A DNA stretch of 64,000 nt from Ostrea edulis (Eukaryota). The notes beneath the pieces are model-generated. The model saw nothing but the letters and a program-made list of their open reading frames with translations. It did not search any database and was not told the origin of the DNA. Positions 59,177 to 64,000 of the stretch are shown piece by piece (positions within the stretch are counted from its first letter, which is position 1; every line of letters begins with the position of its first letter). The DNA lies in contig NC_079170.1 of NCBI RefSeq assembly GCF_947568905.1, positions 62,992,001 through 63,056,000 on the forward strand, given 5' to 3'. The position numbers and the translations under genes were made by a program.

Positions 59177-60802
59177 ACTAGATGCGATCTCGTTGCGAGC
59201 AACGAGTGGGTCTTCCGCCCAATTTTAGATGTGATGAGATAAGAATTTGACTGAGATTTTCGTTCATAAATAATGATACAAATATATTGTCTAGACGTAC
59301 AATTTAGCTTTGGTAATGTTTTATAAATATTGATCATTTAAGTGTTATAAATTAAAGACTCTCTGCCCCTCTCGGCCACTAATGAAAGGGGTCAGCCTTT
59401 TTTCGAGAAAAAAGTTAATAATGTTATTTACTGCGAAAACAATTCGACTGATCAGGCGAGTCATGTCGCCCGAAGGCCTATTTTTTGATATCATTCTAGA
59501 TATATCTCGCAAAACTGAACGAATTTTGTTCTACATGTCCTATCAAAATTTTCTTCAGAAAAAAGTTATTGATTGCGACATTTATCAGACTGTGAAGGCG
59601 AGTCATAAGGCCCGTGTGCCTTTTTCTTGATATCGTATGAAAGATCTTGCAAAACTGAACAACTTTTGTTCTACATGTCTAATCAAAAGATTCTCGAGAA
59701 AAAAGTTAGTAATTATGACACTAATCAAACTGTTCAGGCGAGCCATGAGGACCGTTCGCCTTTTTGATGATGTTGTTCGAAAGATCTTGCAAAACTGAAC
59801 AACTTTTGTTCTACATGTCTAATCAAAAGATTCTCGAGAAAAAAATTAGTAATTATGACACTAATCAAACTGTTCAGGCGAGCCATGAGGCCCGTTCGCC
59901 TTTTTCATGATGTTGTTCGAAAGATCTTGCAAAACTGAACAACTTTTGTTCTAGATGTCTTATTAAAAGTTTCTTGACAAAAATGTAATAGATTGCAACA
60001 ATAACCCAATTATTCAGGTGAGCCATGAGACCCACAGGCCTATTTCTTAACATCGTTAGTTAACGCTTGCGAAACTGAACAACTTTCGTTCTACATGTCT
60101 TGTCAAAAGTTTCTCGAGAAAAAAGTTATTAATGTTATTAATTGTGATACAAATTCGACTGTTCAGGCGAGCCATGACGCCCGGAGGCCTAGTTTTTGAC
60201 ATCATTAGATAGATCTTGCAAAACTGAACAACTTTTATTCTACATGTCTTATCAAAAGTTTCGTGAGAAAAAAGTTAATCATTGTAACAGAAATTCAATG
60301 GTTCAGGCGAGCCATTAGGCCCATGGGCGCATTTCTTGATATGACACGAAAGATCTCAATAAACTGTACAACTTTTGTTATATATGTCTAAACAAAATAT
60401 TTACGAATGAAAAGTTCTGATTTAAAACGTGGAAAAAAATTGGGCACTTTTTTAAACTCCATTTTCGACCCCTACCGAGCTTCCATACTAGGCACTTCCG
60501 GAAATTTTGAAAACCGATGTGCACAACTACAACATGTCGTCTAACATCACTGAAAATTTCAGCATTCTAGCTTTTGTCGTTTTTGAGTTTTTGTCCGGAC
60601 AAAATGGTCATCTGAAAATCGATAAAAGGGGGATAACTTCCAACCGGAAGTGAATTTTCAAACATCCAAAAAAAGATATAAACTTCAGATAGAAATGCAT
60701 CAACCCTAAAAATTTGAAACAAATCGATCAAGCCATCTCTGAGAAATCCTCTGCACAAAATCGGTAAGGAAAAAAAAAAGAATAAAAATAATAATAATAA
60801 TA
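59177..60802 (+). mobile_element. HINE family C, copy 1 (7 monomers of about 140 bp)
   Basis: Left end ACTAGATGCGATCTCGTTGCGAGCAACGAG (hairpin) GGGTCTTCCG. CAGGCGAGCCATGAGGCCC-type repeats. Ends in (AAT)n. Confidence 0.8.
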
Positions 60803-62982
60803 ACTAGATTCGATCTCGTTGCGAGCAACGAGTGGGTCTTCCGTCCAAATTTAGATGTGATTAGATAAGAATTTGACTGACATTTTCGTTCATAAATAAT
60901 GATACAAATATATTGTCTAGACGTACAATTTAGCTTTGGTAATGTTTTACAAATATTGATCATTTAAATGTTATGAATTAAAGACTCTCTCTACCTCTCG
61001 GCAACTAATTAAAGGGGTCAGCTTTTTTTCGAGAAAAAAGTTAATAATGTTATTTACTGCGATACAGATTCGACTGATCAGGCGAGTCATGCCGCCCGGA
61101 GGCCTATTTTTTTTTATATCATTCTAGATATATCTCGCAAAACTGAACACATTTTGTTCTACATGTCCTATGGAAATTTTCTTAAGAAAAAAGTTATTGA
61201 TTGCGACATTTATCAGACTGTTAAGGCGAGTCATAAGGCCCGTGGGCCTTTTTCTTGATATCGTTTAAAAGATCTTGCAAACCTGAACAACTTTTGGTCT
61301 ACATGTTTTATCAAAAGTTTCTCCAGAAAAAAGCTATTGATTGTGACACTAATCAAACTCTTCAGGCGAGCCATGAGGCCCGTTCGCCTTTTTCATGATG
61401 TTGTTTGAAACATCTTGCAAAACTGAACAACTTTTGCTCTAGATGTCTCATTAAAAGTTTCTTGACTAAAATGTTATAGATTACAACAATAACCCAACTG
61501 TTCAGGTGAGCCATGAGACCCGCAGGCCTTATTCTTAACATCGTTAGTAACGCTTGCGAATCTGAACAACTTTTGTTCTACATGTCTTATCAAAAGTTTC
61601 TCGAGAAAAAAGTTATTAATGTTATTAATTGTGATACAAATTCGACTGTTCAGGCGAGCCATGACGCCCGCAGGCCTATTTTTTGATATCATTAGATAGA
61701 TCTTGCAAAACTGAACAACTTTTATTCTACATGTCTTATCAAAAGTTTCGTGAGGAATAAGTTAATCATTGTAACAGAAATTCAATGGTTCGGGCGAGCC
61801 ATGAGGCCCATAGAGCCATTTCTTGATACGGCACGAAAGATCTCAATAAACTGTACAACTTTTGTTATATATGTCTAAAAAAAAATATTTACGAGTATAA
61901 CGTTATGCGACATTTATCACTGTTAAGGCGAGTCATAAGGCCCGTGGGTCTTTTTCTTGATATCGTTTGAAAGATCTTGCAAAACTGAACAACTTTTGTT
62001 CTACATGTCTTATCAAAAGATTCTCGCGAAAAAAGTTAGTAATTGTGACACTGATCAAACTGTTCAGGCGAGCCATGAGGCCCGTTGGCCTTTTTCATGA
62101 TGTTGTTCGAAAGATCTTGCAAAACTGAACAACTTTTGTTCAAGATGTCTTATTAAAAGTTTCTTGACAAAAATGTTATAGATTGCAACAATAACACAAC
62201 TGTACAGGTGAGCCATGAGACCTGTAGGCCTATTTATTAACATCGTTAGTTAACCCTTGCGAAACTGAACAACTTTTGTTCTACATGTCTTGTCAAAAGT
62301 TTCTCGAGAAAAAAGTTATTAATGTTATTAATTGTGATACAAATTCGACTGTTCAGGCGAGCCATGACGCCCTGAGGCCTAGTTTTTGATATCATTAGAT
62401 AGATCTTGCAAACCTGAACAACTTTTATTCTACATGTCTTATCAAAAGTTTCGTGAGAAAAAAGTTAATCATTGTAACAGAAATTCAATGGTTCAGGCGA
62501 GCCATGAGGCCTATGGGCCCATTTCTTGATATGACACGAAAGATCTCAATAAACTGTACAACTTTTGTTATATATGTCTAAGCAAAATATTTACGAGTAA
62601 ATAGTTATTATTTAAAACGTGGAGAAAAATGAGACACATTTTAAAACCCCATTTTCGACCCCTACCGAGCTTCCATACTAGACACTTCCGGAAATTTTGA
62701 AAACCCAGGTGCACAACTACAACATGTCGTCTAACATCACTGAAAATTTCAGCACTCTAGCTTTTATCGTTTTTGAGTTTTTGTCTAGACAAAATGGTCA
62801 TCTGAAAATCGATAAAAGGGGGATAACTTCCAACCGGAAGTGATTTTTCAAAAATTGAAACGGCGGTACAAACTTCAAATGGCAACGCATCAATCCTGAA
62901 AATTTGAAGCAAATTGATCCAGCCATCTCCGAGAAATCTTCTGCACAAAAATCGGTAAGGAGAAAAAAAAAGAATAATAATA
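60803..62982 (+). mobile_element. HINE family C, copy 2 (11 monomers)
   Basis: Same left end at 60803. 554 bp longer than copy 1, equal to about 4 extra monomers. Confidence 0.8.
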
Positions 62983-64000
62983 ACTAGATTCGATCTCGTT
63001 GCGAGCAACGAGTGGGTCTTCCGTCCAAATTTAGATGTGATTAGATAAGAATTTGACTGACATTTTCGTTCATAAATAATGATACAAATATATTGTCTAG
63101 ACGTACAATTTAGCTTTGGTAATGTTTTATAAATATTGATCATTTAAATGTTATAAATTAAAGACTCTCTCTACCTCTCGGCAACTAATTAAAGGGGTCA
63201 GCTTTTTTTTGAGAAAAAAGTTAATAATCTTATTTACTGCGATATAGATTCGACTGATCAGGCGAGTCATGCCGCCCGGAGGCCTATTTTTTTTTTTTTA
63301 TATCATTCTAGATATATCTCGCAAAACTGAACAAATTTTTTTCTACATGTCCTATGGAAATTTTCTTAAGAAAAAATTTATTAATTGCGACATTTATCAG
63401 ACTGTTAAGGCGAGTCATAAGGCCCGTGGGCCTTTTTCTTGATATCGTTTGAAAGATCTTGCAAACCTGAACAACTTTTGGTCTACATGTTTTATCAAAA
63501 GTTTCTCCAGAAAAAAGCTATTGATTGTGACACTAATCAAACTCTTCAGGCGAGCCATGAGGCCTGTTCGCCTTTTTCATGATGTTGTTTGAAACATCTT
63601 GCAAAAGTGAACAACTTTTGCTCTAGATGTCTCATTAAAAGTTTCTTCACTAAAATGTTATAGATTACAACAATAACCCAACTGTTCAGGTGAGCAATGA
63701 GACCCGCAGGCCTTATTCTTAACATCGTTAGTAACGCTTGCGAATCTGAACAACTTTTGTTCTACATGTCTTATCAAAAGTTTCGTGAGAAAAAACTTAA
63801 TCATTGTAACAGAAACTCAATGGTTCAGGCAAGCCATGAGGCCCATGGGCCCATTTCTTGGTACAGCACGAAAGATCTCAATAAACTGTACAACTTTTGT
63901 TATATATGTCTAAACAAAATATTTACGAGTATAACGTTATGCGACATTTATCACTGTTAAGGCGAGTCATAAGGCCCGTGGGCCTTTTTCTTGATATCGT
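62983..64000 (+). mobile_element. HINE family C, copy 3, runs off the window
   Basis: Same left end at 62983, followed by the monomer array. Confidence 0.8.

Noticed and set aside
59140-63143. Three similar ORFs beginning MINIYKTLPKLN (59140, 60706, 62757)
   Set aside because: Antisense readings of the repeated left end of family C, with different lengths and no domain.

Overview
AT-rich eukaryotic genomic DNA, most consistent with a bivalve (oyster-like, Ostreidae). This is inferred from the 166-bp HindIII/Cg170-type satellite, Helentron-type non-autonomous elements, (CAAT)n-tailed SINEs and B-box/beta-propeller TRIM genes. The main gene content is a cluster of six TRIM-family genes (12-34.5 kb) whose CDSs are almost intronless. 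Two are short RING-Bbox-Bbox-coiled-coil (RBCC-only) genes, each head-to-head with a long RBCC + beta-propeller gene. There is also a third long gene and a RING-less B-box + propeller gene. The short genes keep the canonical CxIC...CPxCR RING but have no substrate-binding domain, while the long genes carry the propeller but have lost the RING linchpin Arg. This suggests a duplicated, divergently transcribed sensor/executor TRIM pair (hypothesis). Also present: a complete 4-exon rolling-stone-like membrane protein gene (44287-47833) that the ORF track misses and whose two putative catalytic residues are substituted; a SAMD3-like terminal exon; a miniature LTR element with tRNA-like LTRs (Helenus/TRIMp3-type); a minimal hammerhead ribozyme motif; and many nested repeats (HINE/Helentron derivatives carrying satellites, SINEs, L1/Tx1, L2 and Penelope fragments, TIR elements). 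All identifications are by eye from motifs; no database searches were run.
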